From: an uncultured Nitrospinota bacterium
GTDB lineage: Bacteria; Tectomicrobia; Entotheonellia; J063; CAVPRW01
Direction of reading: 5' to 3'
NCBI GenBank assembly: GCA_963707985.1
Contig: CAVPRW010000039.1
Span: 48,443 to 112,442 of the forward strand
Length of the DNA stretch: 64,000 nt
Position numbers and translations under genes: made by a program. Below the pieces are notes generated by a model. That model saw only the letters and a program-made list of their open reading frames with translations, was not told the DNA's origin and searched no databases. Positions 12,471 to 22,949 of the stretch are shown in pieces (position 1 is the stretch's first letter; each line of letters opens with the position of its first letter).

Positions 12471-12693
12471 CACAGTGGCCAACGGCTGCGCTGGTGCGTC
12501 TGTCGCTCGAACACCGTCCTGGGAGGATCGCTCCCCTCGCACCGCGCTGGGGCCGATCCAGCACCCTCCCAGTCAGGCCGCTTCCTCCCTCCCAGCCGCC
12601 TAGGCCATCCGCCGACATCCCCACGAAAACGCTTCTCAAGCGGCGCCAGCTGGATGACCATTCCCGAGGACATGAGCGGGGGTGCCGTTCCAC

Positions 12694-12741
12694 AGCGTTG
12701 TTGTGGCGGCTACGCGCCACAACAACGCTTACTCGTTAGCC
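12694..12741 (+). repeat. Perfect 15-bp hairpin followed by GTTAGCC (partial attC-like site)
   Basis: AGCGTTGTTGTGGCG-gctacg-CGCCACAACAACGCT; GTTAGCC at 12735-12741. Confidence 0.55.
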
Positions 12742-12825
12742 GCCATTTTGATAGCCGAAATTGCAGAAATTATCTCGCGTTCTTGCGAGAGGTGGTTCGT
12801 TGTTGGAGGTTTGTAGGAGAACGGC

Positions 12826-13038
12826 ATGTATGCTGTTGAGTTTCAGGCGAAGGTCAAAGATGGAACCATTGAAATCCCTGAGGTGTATAGACATCGGTTC
12901 AAAGATCGCGTTCGGGTGATCCTCCTTGCTGAGGAAGAAAAGACCACGGTGGATCTCATGGCCCAACTCCTGCAGCACCCCGTCAAAGTGGCCGGTTTCA
13001 GGCCGTTCGCCAGAGATGAGATGTATGAGTGTTCCTGA
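12826..13038 (+). CDS. Putative antitoxin (AbrB/VapB-like small protein)
   Basis: AGGAG RBS; MYAVEFQAKVKDGTIEIP...VRVILL; C-terminal ARDEMYE overlaps a PIN gene start. Confidence 0.7.
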   Translation: MYAVEFQAKVKDGTIEIPEVYRHRFKDRVRVILLAEEEKTTVDLMAQLLQHPVKVAGFRPFARDEMYECS

Positions 13039-13165
13039 CAAGGCGCCGGCACGCTGTTTTGTGGACACCACTATCTGGCTTTATGCTTTCGTCGAGGCGG
13101 GATGATCACCGGAAATCGGCTCGTGCAAAGTCGCTGCTGGACGGCACGGACCCACCTTCGCCCTA
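13025..13165 (+). pseudogene. PIN/VapC toxin, frameshifted N-terminal fragment
   Basis: MSVPDKAPARCFVDTTIWLYAFVEAG*, continuing out of frame as DDHRKSARAKSLL. Confidence 0.72.
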
Positions 13166-13514
13166 GCCTGCGTAAGTGCGTGAAATTGCAAGAGTGATTA
13201 CATGCCTACAGATGAGTAAGTGATTGAAATCATCAGAGCGATAGAGGAAGATCTTTCGAGATATTGCAGCAAAGAAACGGCTCACAGACTTCGCGGTCGC
13301 GAAGCAGATTACGGCTGGAAATGGCGGTGCCTATGCGGAGGCGTTCGTTCTGAAACCTGCACTCTGGGGGGTGGGAGTTGATCTCAAGGAGCTTCTCAAA
13401 GCATGGGAAGCAACACGCGTATAACAAGCGGCTGCAGTGCGACCGCAGTTGCGGTGGCGCAGCCAGCGGCCTCGGGGCACCTGGCAGCGGATGGACACTT
13501 GCGCGGAGACGTAG

Positions 13515-13613
13515 CTCCCTTACGCCACATCCTGCATCAGTATCCCGCGCCGCGCCTGCGCGTCATGACCCAAGGGACAAACCCAGTGCGGTCATCCCGC
13601 ATGCGGGGATCTG
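13515..13613 (+). mobile_element. Group II intron 3' remnant (RT/maturase C-terminus plus degenerate domain V)
   Basis: HILHQYPAPRLRVMTQG followed by AACCCAGTGCGGTCATCCCGCATGCGGGGATCTG. Confidence 0.6.
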
Positions 13614-13850
13614 TTAGGCAGCGCCGAGCATCGATGGGCTCTCGCCGGCAATGCCAGCGAAGCCACTGAAGCCTTCCAGCTCTTTACGCAAGAGCGTATT
13701 TTGCCGAGTTCCACCCAGATCGTGGAAAGCATTGCGTACTCATAGCATTTTTCATCCGAAGGCCCGAGACCTTTGCACAGGTAGTCACCAGCCCCAATAG
13801 CAGAACTTCGATCGCGCAGGCCATACTGGCAGGTGGGGTCAGTATAATCA

Positions 13851-14396
13851 CTACTGTCGTTTCATCGCCTCCTGTAGACATGCCTGCCATTCGGCCTCTC
13901 TCCCCAGCCCATGGAGATCCCGCCGAATCGCATTCTGCACCAGATTTGACGCATCCGAACGGCTACTGGTGATCTGTAGTTCGGTCAGGTAGGCGACCTG
14001 GGCAGCTCTCCAGATGACATTCGCTCGGCCGTCGACCGGGCCATCATAGCGTCCGAGCCAGGCATAGGCCTGCTGATAGCAACGTCGCACGGGGTCCGGT
14101 TGGGCTTGTCTCGATTGGTTTCCATCGTCTGAAGGACGCATGTAGACCTTGGTGGTGACGATATAGCCTCGGCTTTCCAGACAGTCTGCCTCTCGGTCAG
14201 CCCGGACGGCGTCCAGGTCGGCCAGCGGGTCCCAGGCATAATCCTGAGCCGCCCGAGCTGCGGTAGCGGCGCACTCAGCCCGATCCTTCTCTTGTTCAGC
14301 CGACGATTTGGTAGAAGGATCAGGGACGATAATCGACGCACAGCCACCAAGGATCATCAAGAAAATCAAAGCAATCACTGAGAGATGAACACGCAT
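13851..14396 (-). CDS. Hypothetical lipoprotein
   Basis: Lipobox LGGC; EQEKDRAEC...CLESRGY; possible peptidoglycan-binding-like YDGPVDGR segment. Confidence 0.7.
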   Translation of the reverse strand: MRVHLSVIALIFLMILGGCASIIVPDPSTKSSAEQEKDRAECAATAARAAQDYAWDPLADLDAVRADREADCLESRGYIVTTKVYMRPSDDGNQSRQAQPDPVRRCYQQAYAWLGRYDGPVDGRANVIWRAAQVAYLTELQITSSRSDASNLVQNAIRRDLHGLGREAEWQACLQEAMKRQ

Positions 14397-14557
14397 AGTG
14401 TGTCAATATCCTCTGGATTGTCGCGGGTGGCCCATCCCATCAACCAGTCCAAGTAGTCCAACAAGCTGGCCATACACGCGGTGGAAAGCACGGTAAATGG
14501 CTGCATGACGTCAGCGAGAGACGGGCCTATGGCAGAATTGGCCGGAGCCAGCTGTCG

Positions 14558-15154
14558 CTACCGCGTGCGGCTTTCCTGCAAGATGGCCAGGAGCACGTCG
14601 TCTTCGATGCGGAGCGCATGTTGATCCGCAATCCTCAGGAGGTCGGTCATCCCCTGCGTGACCACCGTTGAGGTGATATCCCGCAATACCCTACCCGTAG
14701 AGATTTGATAGCCAGCATGGACCAGATATTTAAGTCCCGGGTACGGCCACTCCAGGTTGACCATGTCTGCTAGCCCTGCCGTCGCCTCCTCGGCTCGCAC
14801 CTCGATCCAGGTCTGCGCCCATCGCGACCAGCGCTGTAGCTCTGAGGAGGCGCTCGGCACCTTGCCGAGGACGTGTAGGTAGCATAGCAATGCCAGTCGC
14901 AGTCGTTGCGCATCACTGATAGTCGGCGTAATGCCTTGCTGGATCGGGTCAGCCGTGAAGGTTCCCTTGATCAGCAGTCCCCCCTGCCATGCCGCTGTAG
15001 AGGGGATATCGGACACAGAGCCCTCGAATAGAGCCCCTCCTGGGACAGCTTCGAGGGCGCCAAAAACGACGGCGACCTCCGGCCTCTTATACACGGTTGC
15101 ACCCTTGCGAGGGCGGCGTAAATTGCCTTTGACCGCGGCATAGCCCCGAATCAT
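14558..15154 (-). CDS. Hypothetical protein
   Basis: Strong AAAGGAGG RBS before ATG 15154; 198-aa ORF with no recognised motif. Confidence 0.6.
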   Translation of the reverse strand: MIRGYAAVKGNLRRPRKGATVYKRPEVAVVFGALEAVPGGALFEGSVSDIPSTAAWQGGLLIKGTFTADPIQQGITPTISDAQRLRLALLCYLHVLGKVPSASSELQRWSRWAQTWIEVRAEEATAGLADMVNLEWPYPGLKYLVHAGYQISTGRVLRDITSTVVTQGMTDLLRIADQHALRIEDDVLLAILQESRTR

Positions 15155-15281
15155 CGGTAACCTCCTTTCATCTCTGGTACTGCGGCGATCACGAAGACGA
15201 TGTGTAGGCCGGCTCAGTCCCGGATGGCATGCAGGCCTGTGTAGCGGTGGATGCGGTGACGTGCCCACAGCAGACTCTCGG

Positions 15282-15990
15282 TCAGTGGATTCGTCCAACC
15301 CTTACACTATCGCCATCCACCGTCACAGGTTCACCATCCATGGTGTATCTGAGAATATCGGGCATGTTGACCACCGCCGGCAAGCCATATGCACGCGCCA
15401 CAATCGCGCCGTGCGACAGATAGCCACCGGTTTCCATCACCACGGCACTCGCCCGTACAAATAACGGCGTCCACCCCGCATCCGTCGGCAGTGCCACGGG
15501 GATCTCCCCGACACCGAGCCGAGTCTCCTCATCAGGGTGGCGAATAGGGCCTACCACGGTAGTGACACGCCCTGACGACACGCCTATGCCGTGCCATACC
15601 TAACGGTCGGACATACATGTTGGCTCTTGGACCAATCCCAAACCAGCAGTGCCCTCCCCGTCGATGATCACATCAGGGGGAGTGAGGGGGATCCAGGCCC
15701 CGCATTGGGTGGCGTGACCGTGCGCCAATGTCCCTGCGCCCTGGCCATCCCACTGACCGGACACAAAGCCAAAAAGATCTACCTTGCTCAAGTGGAAAAC
15801 CTATTTCGGTCGCTCTATATGCCCGCTCGCCACCAACCTGCACCCGAGTTCGAGTAGGAGACGACGAATCGGCCAGAGCGACGCTACCATACTTGATTTA
15901 CCCGCTTCCTACAAGGCGAAGCCCTGCTGCACCTGCCCTACGAGCCCCCGCAGTATCGGTTGGCCAGGTGGTAGCCCTAGCCACCACAGG
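15282..15990 (-). pseudogene. PEP-utilising enzyme C-terminal remnant
   Basis: TDAGWTPLF...GGYLSHGAIVARAYGLPAVV mobile His domain; upstream EAGKSS...RRLLLELG with in-frame stops. Confidence 0.8.
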
Positions 15991-16101
15991 TCATCACCCC
16001 GGCCTCATAGCCCTGCCGCCAATTCATGAAGAGTGCGGTTATGGCCATCCTCGGTGTCGCGGGTGTCGTGCCCCCGCCTCATCGTGCGCGCGGCACAGCC
16101 T

Positions 16102-17385
16102 TTATGGCTTCTCTGCAGTGCGCTCGAAGTCGATGCGTTCGTCGACCGGTAACCCTAGCAGGTAACGCCGCAAGCTATCCAGCCCCATCTCGATGGCACC
16201 CAGGCGCACCCACTCGCGTCCCCCGGCGATTCGGCTGCGCCGCATAGCTACCCCTTGGGCCGTGGCCACGGCCAGACAGATCGTCCCACCTAAATCGTTG
16301 CGATCAGGCCCTGCGTCGACGTCCACCAGGACAGCCAGACCATGCGTAGCACCCGCCTGCTGACGTACGACGGCCGCCAGCTCCGTCGCCATTTCTGGGG
16401 TGAAGCCGGCTGAGGACGATGGCGTCGGGAGACCAACAGCGCTGTAAAGATCAGTCATGTCCCGGGCCACGAGGCCACGGCGGAACACCGTTTCAGCCCC
16501 TTGTAACGGTGCGAGACGTGCCGCAATTTGGCCGCCAGTATACGTCTCGACGAGTGCAAGGGAACCGTGACAGGCGGTAAGTTGCGCCAACACTACCCCT
16601 GCCAACGTGTGATCGTCTTCGGAGATGATGAAATTTCCTAAGCGCTTGTGTACCTCCTGGACCACGGGCGCCAACTTGCACTGAATGTCGTCCATATCCT
16701 TGCCGCGCACCGTGAGCTTGGTTTCCAATTGGGGATAATGCGTGCGAAAGCCGAGTTTGACGCTGCCATCTGGAGCGAGATCTTCGACGCCTTTGAGGAT
16801 CTCGTCGACGTGGGATTCTCCCAAACCGTAGGAATGGAAACGCTTCAGATAAATCGCTGTCTGCTGGCCGCTGCGCGCCAGCAGCCGCGGCAGGACCTGG
16901 TCCTCAAGCATACGATACAATTCGCGGGGAACACCGGGAGTGAAATAAAAGCGCGCTTTGCCAATATCTACAGCGAAGCCGCAGGCGGTGCCGATGGCAT
17001 TGTCGATCATCTCCGCCCCGGCAGGGAGGAAGGCTTGCTTGCGGTTGTTTGGCGACATGACCCGGCCACGTTGGCGGAAGCGCTCTTCCATACGGGCTAG
17101 CCAACCCTTGTGTAGCACCAAGTCAACACCCGCAGCCTGGGCCGCCACCTCTTGTGAGAGATCGTCGACGGTAGGGCCGAGCCCACCGTTGACGATGACG
17201 GCATCGGCACGCTCCCCAGCGGCGCGAAAGGCCTGCAGAAGGGTTTCGCGATCGTCACCCACGGTCGTGCCCCAGCGTACCGCAAGTCCGACATCCTCCA
17301 GCTTCTGGCTGATGTGACTGAAGTTTGTGTTGATGGTCTTGCCGGTCAATACTTCATCGCCTGTACAGATGATCTCGATGTGCAT
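16102..17385 (-). CDS. cinA: CinA family (molybdopterin-binding plus CinA-like C-terminus)
   Basis: IICTGDEVLTG, TVGDDRE, NGGLGPTVDD, GTACG, PGVPREL. Confidence 0.88.
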   Translation of the reverse strand: MHIEIICTGDEVLTGKTINTNFSHISQKLEDVGLAVRWGTTVGDDRETLLQAFRAAGERADAVIVNGGLGPTVDDLSQEVAAQAAGVDLVLHKGWLARMEERFRQRGRVMSPNNRKQAFLPAGAEMIDNAIGTACGFAVDIGKARFYFTPGVPRELYRMLEDQVLPRLLARSGQQTAIYLKRFHSYGLGESHVDEILKGVEDLAPDGSVKLGFRTHYPQLETKLTVRGKDMDDIQCKLAPVVQEVHKRLGNFIISEDDHTLAGVVLAQLTACHGSLALVETYTGGQIAARLAPLQGAETVFRRGLVARDMTDLYSAVGLPTPSSSAGFTPEMATELAAVVRQQAGATHGLAVLVDVDAGPDRNDLGGTICLAVATAQGVAMRRSRIAGGREWVRLGAIEMGLDSLRRYLLGLPVDERIDFERTAEKP

Positions 17386-17708
17386 GGTGCTCCCACTCTC
17401 ATGAAATAACCTACTGGTTAAAGGTCGTCCGATCTGATGTGCTATGGTACACTCTTTGGTTCGCAGTGCAAAGCCCCTTGCCATGGCGAGTTCTGGCAGG
17501 GTATTGCCAGCAATCGCCCTGGGATAGACCCATATCGCTCAAAGGTCGTGCGGAACCGCGGGCCTACACCTCCGCTGAGACCGATGTAGCCAGGCACTGA
17601 GCTGGATCGCTATGAGCAACTCGGGACATCTTCATCAAGGGATTGAAGGTAAACCGGATTGGAAGGATTAGCGGAGCCAAAGAACAAGGACGTCGGAAAC
17701 CTTTTGCA

Positions 17709-17746
17709 CCCTCAGCCAGCCATTACGTCGGGTGGCTGGCTGAGGG
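17709..17746. terminator. 14-bp GC-rich hairpin downstream of the minus-strand gene 17877..18386
   Basis: CCCTCAGCCAGCCA-N10-TGGCTGGCTGAGGG; no clear U-tract. Confidence 0.45.
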
Positions 17747-17876
17747 CTTCATCGCGTGCCCTGTCAAGCACGGGTCAACAGGAAACACATAGCGCTATCC
17801 CAGGTTAAGCACCGATCCGTTCGAACTTGCCCATACAGCGCCCAGCCTCGTCTGAAGATGTCTTACTCTGTTACGC

Positions 17877-18386
17877 TTAAAAATCCTTCAGCGTGACTTT
17901 GAAGCTGTCACCGATAAGGTTGACGTACAAACCATAAGTGTCTTTTATTCTCCTTGTGACAACGAGGACAACACCTTTCTCGTTATGATACGCAGGATTG
18001 CGGCCGGTGCCCCCCATGGCTTTCACCGCCTCGGGCTTGATATGTGTAAAGGTGCCTGCGAAGTCACCCACATTCTTTAGGTTGTAGACATTCCCCTCGA
18101 TAGCTATCTGCTGCCCGGCTAGATTGGTCAACACCTGCGATTCGGTATAAGTCTTCGCTTCCACCCGAAACTTATAGTCTTGGTTGTTGTAGCTTAACCG
18201 GCCATCTGCCCAAGTAACCCCCATGTTAGGAGCAATCGAGGTGGTAATCATCCGGAACTTTCCATCAGGTTTTGGCGCTCCACCTCCAGCCGCACCCTGT
18301 TGCCCGGCGACGACAGGAGCCACAACCCCGAGCAAGGTGATCCCCACCATGAGTAGCAGCACAAGCGCTAGATTCATACGGCGCAT
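17877..18386 (-). CDS. Secreted DUF1134/EipA-like beta protein (divergent)
   Basis: Signal peptide; AAGGAG RBS; GVTWADGRLSY, GNVYNLKNVGDFAGTF, NEKGVVL. Confidence 0.7.
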   Translation of the reverse strand: MRRMNLALVLLLMVGITLLGVVAPVVAGQQGAAGGGAPKPDGKFRMITTSIAPNMGVTWADGRLSYNNQDYKFRVEAKTYTESQVLTNLAGQQIAIEGNVYNLKNVGDFAGTFTHIKPEAVKAMGGTGRNPAYHNEKGVVLVVTRRIKDTYGLYVNLIGDSFKVTLKDF

Positions 18387-18879
18387 CTTGGTCTCCTTTC
18401 CGCTGTTGTTAACAGGACAGCCGCTTCACGCGATTCGTACATCGCGATGACCACGCGCGGAGAAGCACAGAGGCTTCTTCCAGACGCGTGCTTGACAGAG
18501 CACTGGGTACATGATAGGCGGGAAACCAGGGTCCATCTTGTTGCAGAGGCGCTCCTCCAGTTCAGTGACCACATTCAGCAGATCCCAGACTGCCTGCCCA
18601 TGCAGACCGCCAGATGCGCGCTTCGCAGGGTCCTCATCGTGTCGTGCGTCATCCAATCCCCAAGGGATCAGAGACAAGGCTAGTAAAATTGATGTGAGGC
18701 TAAAGACGGTCTCTTATACCACCGCCAGGCACATCTGTCAACCTCAGACCCACTGCCCTCAGCCCCCTGGCACGATGCCCACTGGGAGACTCTCGATAGA
18801 GGCGCAAATGTCGCGTGAGCGGGGTAGTCAGATATGCTCCCGATGCCGCAGGATATGCTGAAACACCCGCCGTAACTGA

Positions 18880-19405
18880 CGAACGCGGTAGGTCCGTTCC
18901 ATCACGACACGAAGGGATGTCAGGAGAACGAACACACGAGCGGCTGACGTGCCGATTGGTCGACCATCGCGTCAAAGTTATCGATGAGCATGTCGGCGAG
19001 CTCGCTTCAGGTGTAGCAGAGCCACATGATAGCCCGATTATCATTAGTTTCGATAGTTTCGATCGGATACGGCAAGGCCAGTATGCGGCCGTTGTGAGTT
19101 TTCATCCAGATGGGCTGATTGTCGCAGGTCCAGTCCATGAAATAGCGATAGCCGGCTTCTTACAGAAGATCGGCGGTGACCTCGCTGTTCGACACCCAAG
19201 GGCTCATCCAGCCGACAGGACGTTGCCTCTCGTGGCGTTGGGTGGTCTCCGTCGCCGTCCGAATGAGCTCGGCTTTGGTCTTTTCGTCAAGATCTCCCTG
19301 AGCCTCGGAGTTGGTGAGACCGTGTCCAAGGATTTCGTCGCCGCTCTCGTGCAACTTCTGCGGGATCTCCGGAGAGTGCTCGTAGATGGCCGTATTCATC
19401 TGGTC
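18880..19405 (-). pseudogene. Polysaccharide deacetylase (PuuE-like) remnant
   Basis: EILGHGLTN, PVGWMSPW, EAGYRYFMDW, DNQPIWM with several stops; 9-bp tandem duplication TAGTTTCGA near 19045. Confidence 0.8.
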
Positions 19406-19924
19406 CGGGTGGGGCTGGTTTAGGACCTAAGTCCTATCAAGGTCGCTCTAAAGTCCAATATCCGCGCCAACAGCAAGCTGGTACCATGCCAACCGACTTC
19501 TGGGGTTCACAGCTCTCTTGAACCGTCTCAGAGGAGGGATCATGCAGGAGCGCTCCTTGATACTGAGCTGTCGCCTGCGTCTGTTGATGCTGAAGCCCTG
19601 ATCATATTGCTTCTGCTCGAGCACACAATATACAATCGGGCGGCCGGGCGGCCGGCCATATAATGCGGTTGAGCCCTGCCCGAGCACGCTTGACGGCCCG
19701 TCAGGCCCGGTTGAGTCTTGCAGACCCTGAGAGCATACGCGGTCTGGACCCGGACGACAGACAGTCGGTGCACCTCCGCAGCGAACAGTGTCCGGCGGTT
19801 GGCGGTGTAGTATTTCTTGTCCTATCAAACACCAGGATTTTTTAAAGATTTTAGTCCTTTGGACGTACAACCAGGGAGTCGATGCGGGGCGGATGTCCGT
19901 ACAGGGCACACAGGGGGAAAGTGG

Positions 19925-20404
19925 ATGGCCAAACAGAGGGTGAAGCCAATCGTGGTGCGCCTTGCGGTCATGAGTGCGTGCATCCTGTATCTTTCTGGGT
20001 GTGTCGGAAACGTCGCGCTCGGACCGGACGCCGTCAGGGGCCAGACACCGGACGGCACCGTCGAGATGCAGGAGGTGCAGGCGGCCTACATCGGCAGCGG
20101 CAGCGCGGGCAGCGGCATCCTATTCTATCGCGGCGCGCAGCATCCGTTTGAGGTCGGCGGGGTCGGGGTCGGCGGCCTTGGCCTCTCCACCATCAATGCG
20201 ACGGGCGAGGTGTACAACCTCCGCGACCTTGGGCAGTTCCCCGGTACCTACGGCCAGGCCCGCTACGGCTTTGCGATCGGCACAGCGAGCGGGGGCGATC
20301 TCTGGCTGCAGAACGAGTCGGGCGTGATCCTGCACCTGAAGGCGAAGCGTACGGGGCTGATGCTCAGCCTTGGGGGTGATGCCGTCGTCATCTCGATGCG
20401 CTAG
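19925..20404 (+). CDS. DUF1134/EipA-like lipoprotein
   Basis: Lipobox LSGC; GSGILFYRG, GEVYNLRDLGQFPGTY, WLQNESGVILHL. Confidence 0.8.
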   Translation: MAKQRVKPIVVRLAVMSACILYLSGCVGNVALGPDAVRGQTPDGTVEMQEVQAAYIGSGSAGSGILFYRGAQHPFEVGGVGVGGLGLSTINATGEVYNLRDLGQFPGTYGQARYGFAIGTASGGDLWLQNESGVILHLKAKRTGLMLSLGGDAVVISMR

Positions 20405-20839
20405 TGAGCACCCGGACCATCCCCCCCTTGGCGCCATCACGACTGCTGTTAAGGCTTCCAGTGGTAAGGGAGCAATGATGCCAAGCTTGGCATCATTGCT
20501 CCGACTCTTCGGGGAAGCCTCCAGAACGACGACACCCCTCGTTTTGTTTCCGTGAACCTCTTCGATTACCCGCGCAACAGCAGCCCTGACCGCCGCCACA
20601 CAAGCCCTCACCCGGAGGCCTACAAGCACGCATCTCCTCGAGGGCAACTCAAACTTCAAAATGGGACGGTCAGCGACTACTCTCCCGATGGTTTGGCCGT
20701 CTCCCCAGTGCGCTTACGATAGGCTTTGCGGATGCTACCCCCTAGCCGCCGCAATTTCCCCATGGTATCATTGCTATCGTTGTGGAAATGCTAGGCAAAC
20801 TATGATGTGCACACGTCTACATTAGGATGAGCCGGCCTC

Positions 20840-21028
20840 ATGAGCCCGATCCTCGCATCTTGTCTGAAAAAAAAAGCTTATACCGAAACTGAGGCGTTAG
20901 CCTTCGTCGACACCTCCGCAGAACCAGGGTTAGCTGCATACAAATGTCCACTCGGCGGCCATTACCATGTCGGGCATCGGCGCTCGCAGAGCACTCAGAA
21001 ACGGAGCAAAAAGCGCAAGAGGAAGTAG
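20840..21028 (+). CDS. Small basic putative zinc-binding protein
   Basis: C-x-K-K-K-x-Y...AYKCPLGGHYHVGH pattern; lysine/arginine-rich tail. Confidence 0.55.
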   Translation: MSPILASCLKKKAYTETEALAFVDTSAEPGLAAYKCPLGGHYHVGHRRSQSTQKRSKKRKRK

Positions 21029-21743
21029 CCTCAGGGCAGGTATCACCCTGCATTCCTATCCTTTTTTGTATCCTCATTCATTATGGATGTCGGGCTGTCC
21101 ATCCTTGCCAGTGTTGATACAAACGAACATCTGCCTTCCTCCCGCTTTCGCCCTATCATGGCATGCTTAACAAGCTCGGCCTTGTCGCTGAGCGGGCGGC
21201 ATTGCACTCCCCTGCACTCGACGTCATAGGCCTACCTCTCAGCTCTGAACAGCAGCACGGCTATGCGTAGCACCGCAACCTTCGACATCCGTCTTGGGAG
21301 CCGCAGCTCAGGGTTCTCCGCTCTCACCGATCCCTAACAGACACGATAGAGGATTGACAGGCGCCAACGACCTGCACTATGCTCGACTACCCTATGGATG
21401 CCTGCGCAAGGCCTGGAGAGATGGCCATGGGGCTTCTCGGTTACCATACCACCCTGAGCATGGAGGGAACGGTTGCAAGGGTAATCCCTGTACCTGATGC
21501 ACTCAGCAAACCCCTCTGAGACGCTGTGAATGACACATACTGCCCGGGGCGCACGCGGGGGCCAGCGGGGGGAGCGTGCGAACTGGGCGCCGCGGCTGTA
21601 TTTTTCCGGCGGGGTTCGGACCGCCGCTCGGTGGCGGCTGGATCATGCTCGGCAAGTGCCCCAGCTAAGCTGCCTGCACCACGCGTACAACGTCGCGGCT
21701 GGACGTCCGAGGGGGTTCATTTTCGCAAAAGAGTGGGTAGTCG

Positions 21744-22526
21744 ATGGGTTTAAGAACGGTTATGGCCACAAGGTATGTCACCCCCCTGCGCGAGGGTGGA
21801 TCGCTGCCAGCGATTGTCGAAGCTAATGATGATGGCATGTATGTACTCAAGTTCCGTGGGGCGGGGCAGGGACCCAAAGCGCTTATCGCCGAATTGGTGG
21901 CCGGAGAAATCGCCCGGACGGCAGGGCTGCCAGTGCCCGAGATCGTCTTCATCGAACTCGACCCCGAGCTTGCTCGCACGGAGCCAGACCCGGAGATCCA
22001 ACACCTGATCCGGGCGAGTGCCGGGCTCAATCTGGCGCTCGACTACTTGCCCGGTGCCGTGACACTAGACCCGGTGGTCGAAAAGCCTGACGCCGATCTC
22101 GCCTCATCGGTCGTCTGGTTCGACGCCTACGTCACCAATGTCGATCGGACACCGCGCAATACGAACATGCTGGTGTGGCATCGGCGACTTTGGCTCATTG
22201 ATCACGGTGCAACCCTCTACATTCACCACACCTGGCACAACTATCGCGAGCGCAGCCGAGACCCATTCCCCATGATCAAAGACCATGTCCTCCTCCCACG
22301 TGCCAGTGCACTCCAAGAGGTCGACCCACAGATGACTGGGCGGCTCACGTCAGACATCATTGACCGCATCGTGAAATCGATTCCTGACGCCTGGCTAGGG
22401 GGAGACTCTGTGTTTGACGAAACCCACGAACACCGCGACGCATACATGGAGTACTTGCTAAGCCGGCTCGAACCCCCGCATGGTTTCCTGGAGGAGGCCA
22501 TCCGTGCTCGATCACGATACCTATGA
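21744..22526 (+). CDS. HipA-like Ser/Thr kinase (HipA_2 type)
   Basis: PLREGGSLP, YVLKFRGAGQG, NVDRTPRNTNML, WLIDHG. Confidence 0.9.
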   Translation: MGLRTVMATRYVTPLREGGSLPAIVEANDDGMYVLKFRGAGQGPKALIAELVAGEIARTAGLPVPEIVFIELDPELARTEPDPEIQHLIRASAGLNLALDYLPGAVTLDPVVEKPDADLASSVVWFDAYVTNVDRTPRNTNMLVWHRRLWLIDHGATLYIHHTWHNYRERSRDPFPMIKDHVLLPRASALQEVDPQMTGRLTSDIIDRIVKSIPDAWLGGDSVFDETHEHRDAYMEYLLSRLEPPHGFLEEAIRARSRYL

Positions 22527-22935
22527 TTACGCCATCATCCGTGTCGTTCCCAAGGTCGAGCGCGAAGAGTTCATCAACGTCGGCGTGGTCGTCTCATGCC
22601 CGGCCAAAGGATTCCTCGAGGCCCGCATCGAGCTAGATGAGCGGCGGCTATTGGCCGTTGATCCGACGCTAGATGTCGAGACCATCCGAGCCCACCTGGC
22701 CACCTTCCCCACGGTATGTGCTGGCGGAGAGCAGGCCGGGCCGATGGGGCGACTCTCGCAGCGGGAACGCTTCCACTGGCTCGTGGCACCCCGAAGCACC
22801 ATCATTCAGACCTCACCTGTACATACTGGTTGTTGCAAGGATCCAACGGCCGTGCTCGAGCATCTGTTGTACACGATGGTACGGCGGTCACATGCGGCAT
22901 CGCCTGCGGCGGAGGTGAGCACAGAGGAATTGTGA
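22504..22935 (+). CDS. DUF3037 family protein
   Basis: YDYAIIRVVPKVEREEFINVGVV, RFHWLVAPRSTIIQTSPVHTG; overlaps the kinase end. Confidence 0.9.
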   Translation: MLDHDTYDYAIIRVVPKVEREEFINVGVVVSCPAKGFLEARIELDERRLLAVDPTLDVETIRAHLATFPTVCAGGEQAGPMGRLSQRERFHWLVAPRSTIIQTSPVHTGCCKDPTAVLEHLLYTMVRRSHAASPAAEVSTEEL

Positions 22936-22949
22936 TGGGAGGCCCCTCC

